This document shows, piece after piece, positions 38,962 to 52,900 of a stretch of DNA of 64,000 nt (its first letter is position 1; the number at the start of each line of letters is the position of its first letter). Source of the DNA: Auanema rhodensis (lineage: Eukaryota > Animalia > Nematoda). Under the pieces are notes generated by a model. The model was not told where the DNA came from. It searched no databases and saw only the letters and a program-made list of their open reading frames with translations. The DNA is taken from the NCBI GenBank assembly GCA_964057225.1, contig OZ059894.1, forward strand, positions 5,828,001 through 5,892,000, written 5' to 3'. Made by a program: the position numbers and the translations under genes.

Positions 38962-39833
38962 ACAGTCTACGCTCAGACTATGAATTTGTTGTAATTATTA
39001 TATTATTCTTGAAAAAAATGCAAGAATGAATAAATATTAATTTTTTTATTTAAATGTTTATTATAATGAAACGATTACAAAAAAGTAAAACTGAAAAACA
39101 TTATTTGAAAATATGCCAAAAATACATATGAGTTTACAAACATATATATATTCCTAAGACAGATGAATAAGTTACTTCCTTATTTCTTATTCGATTTTAT
39201 AACTATGCTAAAATTTTAAGTTTTTAATGATTTATTATTATAATAAATTATAAAATAAACAGTTAAACTATTTTACTTTTAATTAATTTTAGAAAACTGT
39301 ATTTATTCATTTCTAATCTTTGCCATGTGCTTCGAAACGATTGATGAGGTGATTGTTTTTACAGTCCAAAACTTGAAGAAAAATAGAAAATTAAAAAGTT
39401 TTATCTTATAACTTGAAAAAATATTTAAATAAAGTAATATTATTTCATATTTATGTGGTTAAAATATCCGGTTATTCTAATATACTAATCAAATTAATTT
39501 GAAAACGGGGTAGAGTTGCAATATGCGGTCTCGAAATCAAGATTTTGTTCAGAAAATGCTAGGTACTAGTGTCGTCATGTTACACCGTGACCTCTTCGTT
39601 AAGGAGCGTATGAAAAAGAGTGTGAAAGAAAGAAAGAAAAGGAGTGAAAATATGAGAGAGCGAGAGTTGAGAGAAAAAGAAAAAAAGAAAGAGAGTAGGA
39701 AATAGAAATAAAGCGTTGGGTATCAAGAAAAACGATGAAATAGAATGAAAAGTAGAAAGCAAGTTTTTAACCAAACTGTCTTGGAAGTTCTTTTAAAAGG
39801 AGAAGTGAGTCTGAAATTTTCTTTCAGAACAAA

Positions 39834-40590
39834 ATGAGATTTCTCCTTTTGTTGTTAGTTGTGATCTCCTTTGCCGCTGCGCAATTCGGTCCTCCACCTT
39901 TTGGTAAGTATTTATTAAAAGTAAACCATTTACTGTTTTTTTCTAATTTTTAAGGACCTCGTCCTGGTTTTGGTGGATCATCATTCCACCCTGCTGACTT
40001 CCGTTCTCAAGGGGGTTTTTCGACAAATAATGGAGGGTTCTCCGGCAACGGAGGAAACGTAGGAAACCGTGGTGGATTCGGAGGCAACTCTGGTGGATTC
40101 GGAGGCAACTCTGGTGGATTTGGAGGAAACTCTGGTGGATTTGGAGGAAGTTCTGGTGGATTTGGAGGAAGCTCTGGAGGACGTGGTGGAAGCTCTGATA
40201 ACTTCGGAGGACGTGGTGGATTCGGAGGAAGCTCTGGAGGACGTGGTGGAAGCTCTGATAACTTCGGAGGTCGTGGTGGTAGCTCGGGAGGAAACTTTGG
40301 AGGTCGTGGTGGAAGCTCAGACAATTTTGGAAACCGTGGTGGAAGCTCAGATAACTTCGGAGGTCGTGGTGGTAGCTCAGGAGGAAGCTTTGGAGGTCGT
40401 GGTGGAAACTCTGGAAGCTCAAATGGAGGCAGCTTCGGTGGACGTGGTGGCCCCCCTACCCCAAGTAATTAATTCATCTAATTTCAATTTTCAAAACTTT
40501 AAATAATATATTTCATTACATCTTATTTCAGGCCCTGGAATCGGTATTGCTCATCACGTTCTCACTGGTCTGTTCGGAACTGGCCGTTAA
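39834..40590 (+). CDS. Secreted glycine-rich protein (GGFGG/RGG repeats; GRSP-like), ~212 aa
   Basis: Starts tttcag|aacaaaATG. Exons 39834-39903, 39955-40464, 40532-40590. Signal MRFLLLLLVVISFAAA|QFGPPPFG; 21-bp GGFGG[NS]S repeats, then GGRGGSSDNF repeats; ends PSPGIGIAHHVLTGLFGTGR*. Confidence 0.88.
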
Positions 40591-41151
40591 ACAATTAATC
40601 CAAAAGTTGATTATTGTTTTATGATAATAAGCTATGTACCAATAAATAATTTAAATGTAATCTTAATGTTTCTACAGTATTTATTTCTTTTGCAAAATTT
40701 ATGAAAAAAAAATTATTTGGAAAGCAGTTCACATCAACATTCATAGGTAGGAGTGTATTGATAGAACAAGAAAATATAATTGAAATATTAGAATAAATTC
40801 GAAGTTTTTTAAGTTTCAACTCATTTTCCTTAATTCGAAAAATGAAAATTTTATAACATATTTGGTTAATTTTTTCTTTTTTTTTGTATTGAGAAATTGA
40901 ATGAAAATTTTTTCGAATCTTAGGTGAACAAGATAGGACGTAACATAGATATTGCTAATCTAACCGCAATCTCGTATTGCGTGATAATCGACGGAAGCTG
41001 AAATCTAGAAATTTAAATCTTTCTAGAAAGATTAAATGAGCTTATCCGCTTGCCTGTCTGGTTTACAGTGAAATAATTTTTTTAAAAAGAGGAACTAGTT
41101 AGGATAGTTTGACTCATTTTTGTTCATCTCACTTCTCATTGCCAAACGTTG

Positions 41152-41692
41152 ATGATGATGATGACGACGACGAAGAATCTAATGTTTTGTACTTTATTCA
41201 CAATTTTTATTCAAATTGATGGTCAAATGGTAAATAATAGCTTTTTCTGTTTTATTTTATCTTAAATAATTCAATTTCTTATTTCAAGAATCCTCTTATG
41301 ATGGGTGGTAATAGGTTGCCAATGACACCAGGAATGATTTCTCCTTATTCATCTCCATATTATCAAAATAATAATGGTCGATTAGGAGATATTTTACATG
41401 ATTTTATTGACGAAGCTTTAAGTTCGTGCACAAGCATTTTCTTGATAACAAACAATTGAAGTCAAACTTTTCAGTTTCCCTAACACGATCTCCTGAACGT
41501 AGGTTTCAAACATATCCATATTATGGTCGTCCTATGATCCCAGGTAAATTAAAATATAAATTTTTCAACTGCTTATCAAACATATTGTTATTGTTTTCAG
41601 GTAATCCTTTAGGTGTCAACCCAATGTTAGTTAATAGTTTTGGTGCCCCTCAATTTGGACCAAATCTGCCAGTTGGTATGCCCATATTTTAA
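41152..41692 (+). CDS. Small secreted Pro/Gly/Met/Asn-rich protein, ~123 aa
   Basis: Four phase-compatible exons (41152-41229, 41289-41421, 41475-41543, 41601-41692; 372 nt): MMMMTTTKNLMFCTLFTIFIQIDG|QMNPLMMGGNRLPMTPGMISPYSSPYY...PQFGPNLPVGMPIF*. Confidence 0.75.
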
Positions 41693-43946
41693 GTTAAAAA
41701 AAATGGAAATCTGGTCTCTATTCTCTACAGTTACTTCTTTCTAATATTTTATAATTCATAATTAATATATATATTTCTTATAATTATTATTTAATATTTG
41801 TATGTATATGTATGATTATCATATATTGTACATAGTTAAATGTTTTTTTTATCAAGCAACATCATATTATGATAAATGGTTTAATATCACAAAATGTAGT
41901 TTTTCAATTTATTTCCGAAATATACCATTAGTTTTCCTTTTCTACTCATAATAAAAAACGTTTTGACGATTTTTCTAACATGAATTGTTTTTTTTTATTT
42001 TCCTTATCCCGTTCTATTAGTCATTAATTTTATCATAATGACACCTTTTTGCAAATTTTTAATGAAATTTAAATTTTTTTATTAAATCGAATGCTGAAAG
42101 ATTGACCTCGAAAATATGTTCAATAAATTGGAAAAAGTTTCGACTATATAATTAGTTGATGACTGAAGAAAAAGATTAGATGTCACTTCGAATAGTCAAT
42201 ATGTTCTTAATTAATTCTTCTATCTTTTAAACTTCTAAATCTCTGATCTTTCATTGATCTTTCAGAATTAATTTTTCTCTTTTTTTTTATTCTTTTTTTT
42301 TCCAACTCTTAATTTCATTAGCAGTTCACATGTTTCTTCTTGTCTTAATTTCCATGTAAGTCTCACTTCACAACTAAACAACCTTACCGGCTTTTATTAT
42401 CGTCTTTCATTTCATGAAACATGATTCTCATCTATTTTAAAGATGAAATTCTCTTTATTTCTTTTTGATGATTCAATGTACACCTTATTATAACATCCAA
42501 ATACTCAAATAATGATAGTTATCTCAAATAAAAAAAACATTTTTCGTATTTTTTTTGTCCTAAACAAATTAACATTCGAGTATTATTGTGTTTCATCATC
42601 TGAAATAATTGTTGTTCAGTCAGTCAGGCATTCATCATGCTATCGGATTTATTTCTCTATTACATGATCCATTTGACTGAAATATAAAAGATATCTCTAT
42701 ATCTATACTTATACATATTAATTTAAAATATTAACTGTTTATTTAACTTTTATAAATTAATTTGTAATATAATTATATTTAGATATTTGTTTTTTAAATT
42801 TTCAAATATATGTTCTTACTGTTTGGACTTCTGTATTTCTTGTTCTTATATATTTACATCACGGACTATCACAGTCTCAACAAAGTTTTTTATACATTTT
42901 AATCTCTTTTTTTCCCAAACGTATACAAAAAATAAAAAAGTTACTACTTCATATGAACTTCTGCCTCAATATTTGTTATATTTAATATAAAAATTCGTCA
43001 TGAAAACCAGTTTATTTCTTTTAATCTTACATTTAACAGTATTTTCTTCATTCAATAGCTAGGTTCATCTCACAATAAACTTTTCTAAAAATGGGATTTA
43101 AGATATGTTTTCGAATTGAAAAAAAAATGAAAAAAATTCTCAAGCGAATCGTTATCGTCTCCATTCAACTTGTCCAACTACTTTTATCCTCATCAACACA
43201 ATGTCTGGTTAGAATCGATTTAACAAGAACAACTATATGAACATAAGCCAAATTACATTTCCAAATCGATGTCGGTGTTCTACCTGTTGATAGGTTACTA
43301 GTGACATTCACCTTTTTCTTGCTTTCATTGTGATGTACATCTCTATCTGAAACACTTGTCATGTTCTAAAATTGGAAATAAATATGATATCTTCATTTTC
43401 TACCTCCAACCTCTCTCTCTATGTTATTTTCTTATTCTATTTCTCTTTCTTTTTTCTCTTCTTTCTTTCTCTTTCTTTCATTTAATTTTATCAACAATCT
43501 TATCTCTCCAGTTTCTTATTGTCTCTCTTCTTTCCGCAATGTGAACATCTCCCTCTTTTACATATTGTAACATTGCTGTGTCAATGCTGATGTGCCTTCT
43601 GTATTAGGTTCGGAAGTCATCTGATAATCCATCTGCACAACCAAGGCATTTTGTCATTTTTGTTCATCACGATAGCAAGACCGTGTCAGGTTTTCACTTC
43701 GATCTTAACACCGTTTGATCGGTTTTTTGTTCATAAACACCACCTAGGCTATATTCCAGTAGAGGCCATCAGGCATCAACATACCACCCAGTTGATAGAT
43801 GAGACTGTAAGACTTGCGAATCTATCACCCTTCTCTTTTCTATATCTGCCTATCTGAGCTATTATTCTACTGATCATTCTAACCGCTTATTCTCAACTGT
43901 ATTCTCCACATTTCTTCATCTTTTGTGTATATTCTATAATGTGCCT

Positions 43947-46900
43947 ATGCCAATGTTAAGCCAGCCTTCCGATACTGAAAGCGAACACGACGACTTGGGA
44001 TCTATTCGACCTACTCTTAACGACGTAAGTAATATATAATTTCGATAAATAAAATATTTTCTTGCTAAACAAAAATCAGAAAGAAAAAGATAAAAATTTA
44101 TGGAAAAGGTTGAATGAAATTTATATCTTTTCATTTACAAAGACGAACAATTCAGTAAATATTTTTTTTTTTTCAAAAAAATGTTCTTTATATCAAGAAA
44201 CAGGATTAATTGTAGTAAAACATGAGAGAGACGAGCTATATACAAACTCTCGCCATTCTATGTATGCTTTTTTTCTCGTAAAGAAAACCAGTTATTGATG
44301 TACAATAAGAAAAAAAACCATTTAATATTTTAGCTTATCTTTTTGTCTTTTGCCGGAAGTTAATAAACAAAACAAACAGCTTTTTTTCTTTCTCTCAACC
44401 TCCGAATGCCTTATCTGTGCTTTCTTGTAATATATTCTTTGATTTATTTATTCAATCTATAAAAATCAATAAAAAAACTATTGCATGAAGACTCTTTTAA
44501 ATTTACAAAATTAAACTTTTACTGTTTCTTTTTCCGTTTTTTTTGGGGAAATACTGATCGGCTGATTGCCTTTCCTGAGTTAATGAGAATTCTACAGGGT
44601 ATTGATCACACGTCTCACAATCATGTTACACAGAAAGATTTAACCAAATAAAAAAGCAAAACGGTGAAGTTTTGTAAAAATGTGAAAAAACTCTCAGGTT
44701 TTGAACAAATCGCCAGTCTCAGCCAATCCTTCATATTGCACTTTCTCACACCAGTACTATACAAATTCATCTTAGTCTTCATCAGCTTCACGATGATCAA
44801 CCGTTAATAATGTTTCTTCAACTTTCTATTTCAAATACTTTTTGTTTTCTTTTCAATTGAAATTTCTGCTTTTCATTCTACTATCTCTGTTTTTCTTTCA
44901 TTCTCTCAGTTTTCCATTCTATCTGACGATCAACTTTCTTGTGGCAATTTGTATTATATTTCTTACCAATTTTCTACGCAATAAAAGTATTTTAAATAAA
45001 AAACAGAATCTATATAACTATTACTTTAATTTACAAAACTTTTATTGACAAAAAATAGCATTTTCCCTCTTACTTAGGTTGTTCTGGCCCTGACGTTACC
45101 ACCGAGTGCGTTAGCCCTCTGCGTTTGGATGCCTAAGCGACGTCGTGAGCGAATACTTGAAGTTACTAAAACTATCACTATCACTGAGATAGCTGATACG
45201 CTACCCCGAATTCTCCAAGATGGGGCTAAGGTTCGTTGAACTTTTTTTCTTGGTTTTCGATCTGCCATTTATCGCAACCGTACTTTAGCATACCGTAACG
45301 AATGTTGAGCTGGGCAATGGTCATCCAGTTACCGTACATATTAGTCAGACAACGGATCAATTCGAAGAATCAGAATGTCCGGAAAAATCAAAATTCTCCG
45401 AATATATAGATAACAAACCGTTGATTAATTGTGATGATGAAGATATTGTGGAGACGGTACATACAATAAATGAGAAGTTTATTCAGCTTCCTGATCTTAC
45501 TGGAAGCAGCATTGTTAAACAGCATGACGGTTTAGCTGATAATGTCATTGATATCAGCTTCCGTACCTCAAGTAATGACTTATAACTACTATATAGAAAT
45601 TGAATCATTTCAATTCAGAAAATCAGCTCAACAAATCTGCAACCAGCAAGAAATCAAATGTGTCAGCATATTTCAAGCCATCACGGTCATTAGATGTACT
45701 TCTATTATCACCCACAGATACAGGATTCTATACTTCTCCGAATAGGTCAGTGGCCATTATGCACTATTAGCTTTAGCTTCCATGATATGTCTTCAACCAG
45801 TTCCATATTTTTTCAGTCAAAATATTAAAAAAAATAATGAGAAAAGACATTGCTTCATATAGGAGAAAACTAAACAAAGAATAGCATTATTTTGTTTAAA
45901 AAAATTTTTTTTTACACTTACCATTCACATTTGAAATTTATAACCATAAATTTTTTTTTTTGGCTACATCAGACGAAAGTTTGGAAGAATGTAAGTTGAT
46001 TGATTGAAGCAAATAGACATGGTATTCATAACACCAATGTTCTTTTCTTCATGATCATTCATTTCAGTCAATACCATCCCATCCCCTCTCTCTTTCATAT
46101 CTTATAACATGCTGCTACGCATTTTCTCTGAACTATTCATCATTTAATTTTCTCATTTTTTAGGTGTAAAAATTTAATTTTTGACTTTAATTTCACTGTG
46201 ACTTTTAAAAAAGTTTTGAAGGAAAAAAGTTAAAGTTATTCTTAATTTAAATTAAAAACATATTATTCTCATTTGTCTCAAATATCTATATAATATTAAT
46301 TATTTTGCAAATTTTAGAATATTTGTTTCATTTTATTTTTATTTTATAGATCTGGTTTAGTGGATGGTACTGAAAGTGATGGAAGTATGATTATTCACAC
46401 AGATGATGAAAGAAGGCTTGACAGCGGTGTATCTTCTGTTAATGGCATTCAGATAAGAGGGTGAGCTTCAAGGTTTTTGATTCAATTTTCGTTTTTTTAT
46501 AAATGTGATAAAAAATAAAATGTATCAAATATATTTGAGGAATAACTCGTTGTCTGGAGGAAGAAGACGACTGGTTCCTCTAAGCTCTGATGACGATAAT
46601 GATGATTTGATTTATTTGCCTTCGATTCCGACGACGTCAGCTACACTGCCACGCTCATCACGAAAAAAGTAAACTTAGTATATAGTTCAGACAAAAACTA
46701 ATGTTTTATCTATTTATATCTGTATATGTACACAACACAACTATTAATTACCGTTGGTTTTTATTTATATTTTTCTTATAGAAAGCGATGCGGTAGACGA
46801 TATATTGTGACTTCGTTAACAAAGTCACAATCTAATCCGGCAATATATCATTCATACGTAAAATATCATCCTTGTTTACAGTATTGAAATTTAATATTTC

Positions 46901-49900
46901 AGAGGTTTCCTGAATCCAACAGAACTCAGCAAGAACAGAAAAGATCAGCAGAATATAATAATAGAACAAGATCTCATTCTGAACGGTATGGAGAGCAGGC
47001 ACAAGAAAATGGTAAATAATTGATAATCTTTTGAACAATATAATTTATTTTTTAGACAATACGCACCATAGATCTCATTTATATATCCAAAATTCTGCTA
47101 TGCCATCGCATACATATACGGTTACTTCAGTTACTGAAACGGTTCGAGAAGGTAATGAAAAAGTATTCAAACATTCAAATATATTTTAGTATCATTAACT
47201 ATAATCATAACAAATCGAAATATTAAAAAAACAATATAACTTCTACTGGTTGTTGTACTAATGATATACAACATTATAGGAAATGCAATCAGAAAGTTTA
47301 AATTATAATCAAACAATTGAATTTTTTCAGATCAAACAAAAGATGATCGTGATAAACATGATTTATCAATTCATAAGATAACCGTAGATTTAGAACTAGA
47401 TAGAGTTAATGATACCGAATCACGGATCAATGAGATTATACGGATTGAAAACGTAATTTTTCCAATTAATCACACAAATTTTTATAAATATTTAGGTTTG
47501 CGAAAATGATATTATTCCTCCAAACATGACATCAACTCCATTATCTACGTTAGAAAAAGCTAGAAAGCGCAGTTATAAAATGTAAAAACAATATTATAAA
47601 TCTTATAAAATTATAATTTTTAGAAATCATGGTGTTAGTATTGTTACAACAGATGAGAATATACAAGTTCAAGTTAGTAGCTCAGATGACTATCTGGTAT
47701 ACAATTTGTTTTATTACTATATAAATATGATTGAATTTAAGAAGGCTCCAAATGTTACACGCGGGTCACTATCACCAATTGTCGTTGTTAATCAGGATCG
47801 CTCCCGGAAGGGTAGCACTGACAACTTAGGTACATTTCCTAGAGAAGTTAGAAGAAAGAGTACGGTGACCGATATTGATTGGTTTGCAGCATTCAACATG
47901 AAGGTTTGTTAATGTTTTGTGACTTATTTTCGGAAATCAATTGATTAAGGAACCAATTACTCCAAGATCACCTAGAAGTCCATTACCTATTGATGTTTTG
48001 AAGGAGAGTGAGAACATAATTTTGGATAAACATTGTTATAACAGAAAGTAATATTACAGTTTACTAAGAACAGAACTAATTTGATTTTTACAGTGTTCCG
48101 TTATCCAAAATTACGGTTGAAGATATTTTTAGATGTAACAACTCAAGAAAACAGCAAGAGCATCCATGTTATTGTTCAGCATGCAAATTATCCAAAATGT
48201 CCGACGAGGTATCCCTTATATACATACTCAGCTTCAACCAAAATCTTAGGAACTCAAAGCCATACTTGAGAAAAAAATGAGAGCTACAAATGAACAACTA
48301 TATGTTTATCCAGAAGATAATACTCATGACGACAATCAGAGAACTACAACTTCTCACACCACAATTGAATTTCAGAACGGTAACAACGATAAAGCTACGT
48401 CATCTGTAGTACAGGATTATCTGAACCAAACAGCCCCAGAACAACCTCATCAACCGGATCCATCTCCTTTGGACATCTCAATGGATGATGTTTTCACAGA
48501 AGGCTCTGAGCCATCAACTTCTGGAAATCGTCACGCTATTGATTTGGACAAGTATGTTCAAAGGAGCCGTGATATGCAAGCTCATTCCGGAGAACAAGGA
48601 TTCACTACCTATGTCCAAAGAGAGGAGAAGCCTGATGTTTCAACACGAGTATCAACTTTGCCAGAAGCCGATGTTAGTGTTGATGACGTCTTCAATCCGA
48701 CACCACCAAAGAGAGTTCAACCTTCTTCTGATACCACAGTTCTCTTGAAGAAATCGCAACAACCTACTGTGTCTACTGAGAAACGGTCGATTGAACCAAC
48801 CTATCCAACTATTGAAACATCCACTCTTGACATCTCAATGGATGCTGTTTTCACAGAAGGCTCTGAGCCATCAACTTCTGGAAATCGTCACGCTATTGAT
48901 TTGGACAAGTATGTTCAAAGGAGCCGTGATATGCAAGCTCATTCCGGAGAACAAGGATTCACTACCTATGTCCAAAGAGAGGAGAAGCCTGATGTTTCAA
49001 CACGAGTATCAACTTTGCCAGAAGCCGATGTTAGTGTTGATGACGTCTTCAATCCGACACCACCAAAGAGAGTTCAACCTTCTTCTGATACCACAGTTCT
49101 CTTGAAGAAATCCCAACAACCTGCTGTGTCCACTGAGCATCGCCCGATTGAACCAACCTATCCAACTATTGAAACATCCACTCTTGACATCTCAATGGAT
49201 GATGTTTTCACAGAAGGCTCTGAGCCATCAACTTCTGGAAATCGTCACGCTATTGATTTGGACAAGTATGTTCAAAGGAGCCGTGATATGCAAGCTCATT
49301 CCGGAGAACAAGGATTCACTACCTATGTCCAAAGAGAGGAGAAGCCTGATGTTTCAACACGAGTATCAACTTTGCCAGAAGCCGATGTTAGTGTTGATGA
49401 CGTCTTCAATCCGACACCACCAAAGAGAGTTCAACCTTCTTCTGATACCACAGTTCTCTTGAAGAAATCGCAACAACCTACTGTGTCTACTGAGAAACGG
49501 TCGATTGAACCAACCTATCCAACTATTGAAACATCCACTCTTGACATCTCAATGGATGCTGTTTTCACAGAAGGCTCTGAGCCATCAACTTCTGGAAATC
49601 GTCACGCTATTGATTTGGACAAGTATGTTCAAAGGAGCCGTGATATGCAAGCTCATTCCGGAGAACAAGGATTCACTACCTATGTCCAAAGAGAGGAGAA
49701 GCCTGATGTTTCAACACGAGTATCAACTTTGCCAGAAGCCGATGTTAGTGTTGATGACGTCTTCAATCCGACACCACCAAAGAGAGTTCAACCTTCTTCT
49801 GATACCACAGTTCTCTTGAAGAAATCCCAACAACCTGCTGTGTCCACTGAGCATCGCCCGATTGAACCAACCTATCCAACTATTGAAACATCCACTCTTG

Positions 49901-52900
49901 ACATCTCAATGGATGATGTTTTCACAGAAGGCTCTGAGCCATCAACTTCTGGAAATCGTCACGCTATTGATTTGGACAAGTATGTTCAAAGGAGCCGTGA
50001 TATGCAAGCTCATTCCGGAGAACAAGGATTCACTACCTATATCCAAAAAGAGGAGAAGCCAGATGCTTCAACACGAGTATCAACTTTGCCAGAAGCCGAT
50101 GTTAGTGTTGATGACGTCTTCAATCCAACACCACCGAAGAGAGTTCAATCTTCTTCTGATACCACAGTTCTCTTGAAGAAATCCCAACAACCTGCTGTGT
50201 CCACTGAGCATCGCCCGATTGAACCAACCTATCCAACTATTGAAACATCCACTTTTGACATCTCAATGGATGATGTTTTCACAGAAGGCTCTGAGCCATC
50301 AACTTCTGGAAATCGTCACGCTATTGATTTGGACAAGTATGTTCAAAGGAGCCGTGATATGCAAGCTCATTCCGGAGAACAAGGATTCACTACCTATGTC
50401 CAAAGAGAGGAGAAGCCTGATGTTTCAACACGAGTATCAACTTTGCCAGAAGCCGATGTTAGTGTTGATGACGTCTTCAATCCAACACCACCGAAGAGAG
50501 TTCAACCTTCTTCTGATACCACAGTTCTCTTGAAGAAATCCCAACAACCTGCTGTGTCCACTGAGCATCGCCCGATTGAACCAACCTATCCAATTATTGA
50601 AACATCCACTCTTGACATCTCAATGGATGATGTTTTCACAGAAGGCTCTGAGCCATCAACTTCTGGAAATCGTCACGCTATTGATTTGGACAAGTATGTT
50701 CAAAGGAGCCGTGATATGCAAGCTCATTCCGGAGAACAAGGATTCAATACCTATGTCCAAAAGGAGGAGAAGCCAGATGCTTCAACACGAGTATCAACTT
50801 TGTCAGAAGCCGATGTTAGTGTTGATGACGTCTTCAATCCGACACCACCAAAGAGAGTTCAACCTTCTTCTGATACCACAGTTCTCTTGAAGAAATCCCA
50901 ACAACCTGCTGTGTCCACTGAGCATCCCACATTTGAACCAACCTATCCTACTGCTGAAACATCCACTCTTGACATCTCAATGGATGATGTTTTCACAGAA
51001 GGTTCTGAGCCATCAACTTCTGGAAATCGTCACGCTATTGATTTGGACAAGTATGTTCAAAGGAGCCGTGATATGCAAGCTCATTCCGGAGAACAAGGAT
51101 TCACTACCTATATCCAAAAGGAGGAGAAGCCAGATGCTTCAACACGAGTATCAACTTCGCCAGAAGCCGATGTTAGTGTTGATGACGTCTTCAATCCAAC
51201 ACCACCGAAGAGAGTTCAACCTTCTTCTGATACCACAGTTCTCTTGAAGAAATTCCAACAACCTGCTGTGTCCACTGAGCATCGCCCGATTGAACCAACC
51301 TATCCAACTATTGAAACATCCACTCTTGACATCTCAATGGATGATGTTTTCACAGAAGGCTCTGAGCCATCAACTTCTGGAAATCGTCACGCTATTGATT
51401 TGGACAAGTATGTTCAAAGGAGCCGTGATATGCAAGCTCATTCCGGAGAACAAGGATTCACTACCTATGTCCAAAGAGAGGAGAAGCCTGATGTTTCAAC
51501 ACGAGTATCAACTTTGCCAGAAGCCGATGTTAGTGTTGATGACGTCTTCAATCCGACACCACCAAAAAGAGTTCAATCTTCTTCTGATACCACAGTTCTC
51601 TTGAAGAAATCCCAACAACCTGCTGTGTCCACTGAGCATCGCCCGATTGAACCAACCTATCCAACTATTGAAACATCCACTCTTGACATATCAATGGATG
51701 ATGTTTTCACAGAAGGCTCTGAGCCATCAACTTCTGGAAATCGTCACGCTATTGATTTGGACAAGTATGTTCAAAGAAGCCGTGATATGCAAGCTCATTC
51801 CGGAGAACAAGGATTCAATACCTATGTCCAAAAGGAGGAGAAGCCAGATGCTTCAACACGAGTATCAACTTTGTCAGAAGCCGATGTTAGTGTTGATGAC
51901 GTCTTCAATCCGACACCACCAAAGAGAGTTCAACCTTCTTCTGATACCACAGTTCTCTTGAAGAAATCCCAACAACCTGCTGTGTCCACTGAGCATCGCC
52001 CGATTGAACCAACCTATCCAATTATTGAAACATCCACTCTTGACATCTCAATGGATGATGTTTTCACAGAAGGCTCTGAGCCATCAACTTCTGGAAATCG
52101 TCACGCTATTGATTTGGACAAGTATGTTCAAAGGAGCCGTGATATGCAAGCTCATTCCGGAGAACAAGGATTCACTACCTATGTCCAAAGAGAGGAGAAG
52201 CCTGATGTTTCAACACGAGTATCAACTTTGCCAGAAGCCGATGTTAGTGTTGATGACGTCTTCAATCCGACAACACCAAAAAGAGTTCAATCTTCTTCTG
52301 ATACCACAGTTCTCTTGAAGAAATCCCAACAACCTGCTGTGTCCCCTGAGCATCGCCCGATTGAACCAACCTATCCAACTATTGAAACATCCACTCTTGA
52401 CATATCAATGGATGATGTTTTCACAGAAGGCTCTGAGCCATCAACTTCTGGAAATCGTCACGCTATTGATTTGGACAAGTATGTTCAAAGGAGCCGTGAT
52501 ATGCAAGCTCATTCCGGAGAACAAGGATTCAATACCTATGTCCAAAAGGAGGAGAAGCCAGATGCTTCAACACGAGTATCAACTTTGTCAGAAGCCGATG
52601 TTAGTGTTGATGACGTCTTCAATCCGACACCACCAAAGAGAGTTCAACCTTCTTCTGATACCACAGTTCTCTTGAAGAAATCCCAACAACCTGCTGTGTC
52701 CACTGAGCATCCCACATTTGAACCAACCTATCCTACTGCTGAAACATCCACTCTTGACATCTCAATGGATGATGTTTTCACAGAAGGTTCTGAGCCATCA
52801 ACTTCTGGAAATCGTCACGCTATTGATTTGGACAAGTATGTTCAAAGGAGCCGTGATATGCAAGCTCATTCCGGAGAACAAGGATTCACTACCTATGTCC

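Noticed and set aside
37959-40506. ORF-track proteins rich in E/V/D (37980, 40069), Pro (40007 -) or His/Gln (37959 -, 39943 -)
   Set aside because: They are alternative-frame or antisense readings of Gly-codon repeats. Only the Gly-rich frame splices to the signal-peptide exons.
41016-41034. 18-bp palindrome aatctttctagaaagatt (HSE-like core) upstream of the third secreted gene; also atccctatagggat at ~13484
   Set aside because: The first has only two nGAAn units and the second has the wrong spacing for a COE site; insufficient evidence of function.
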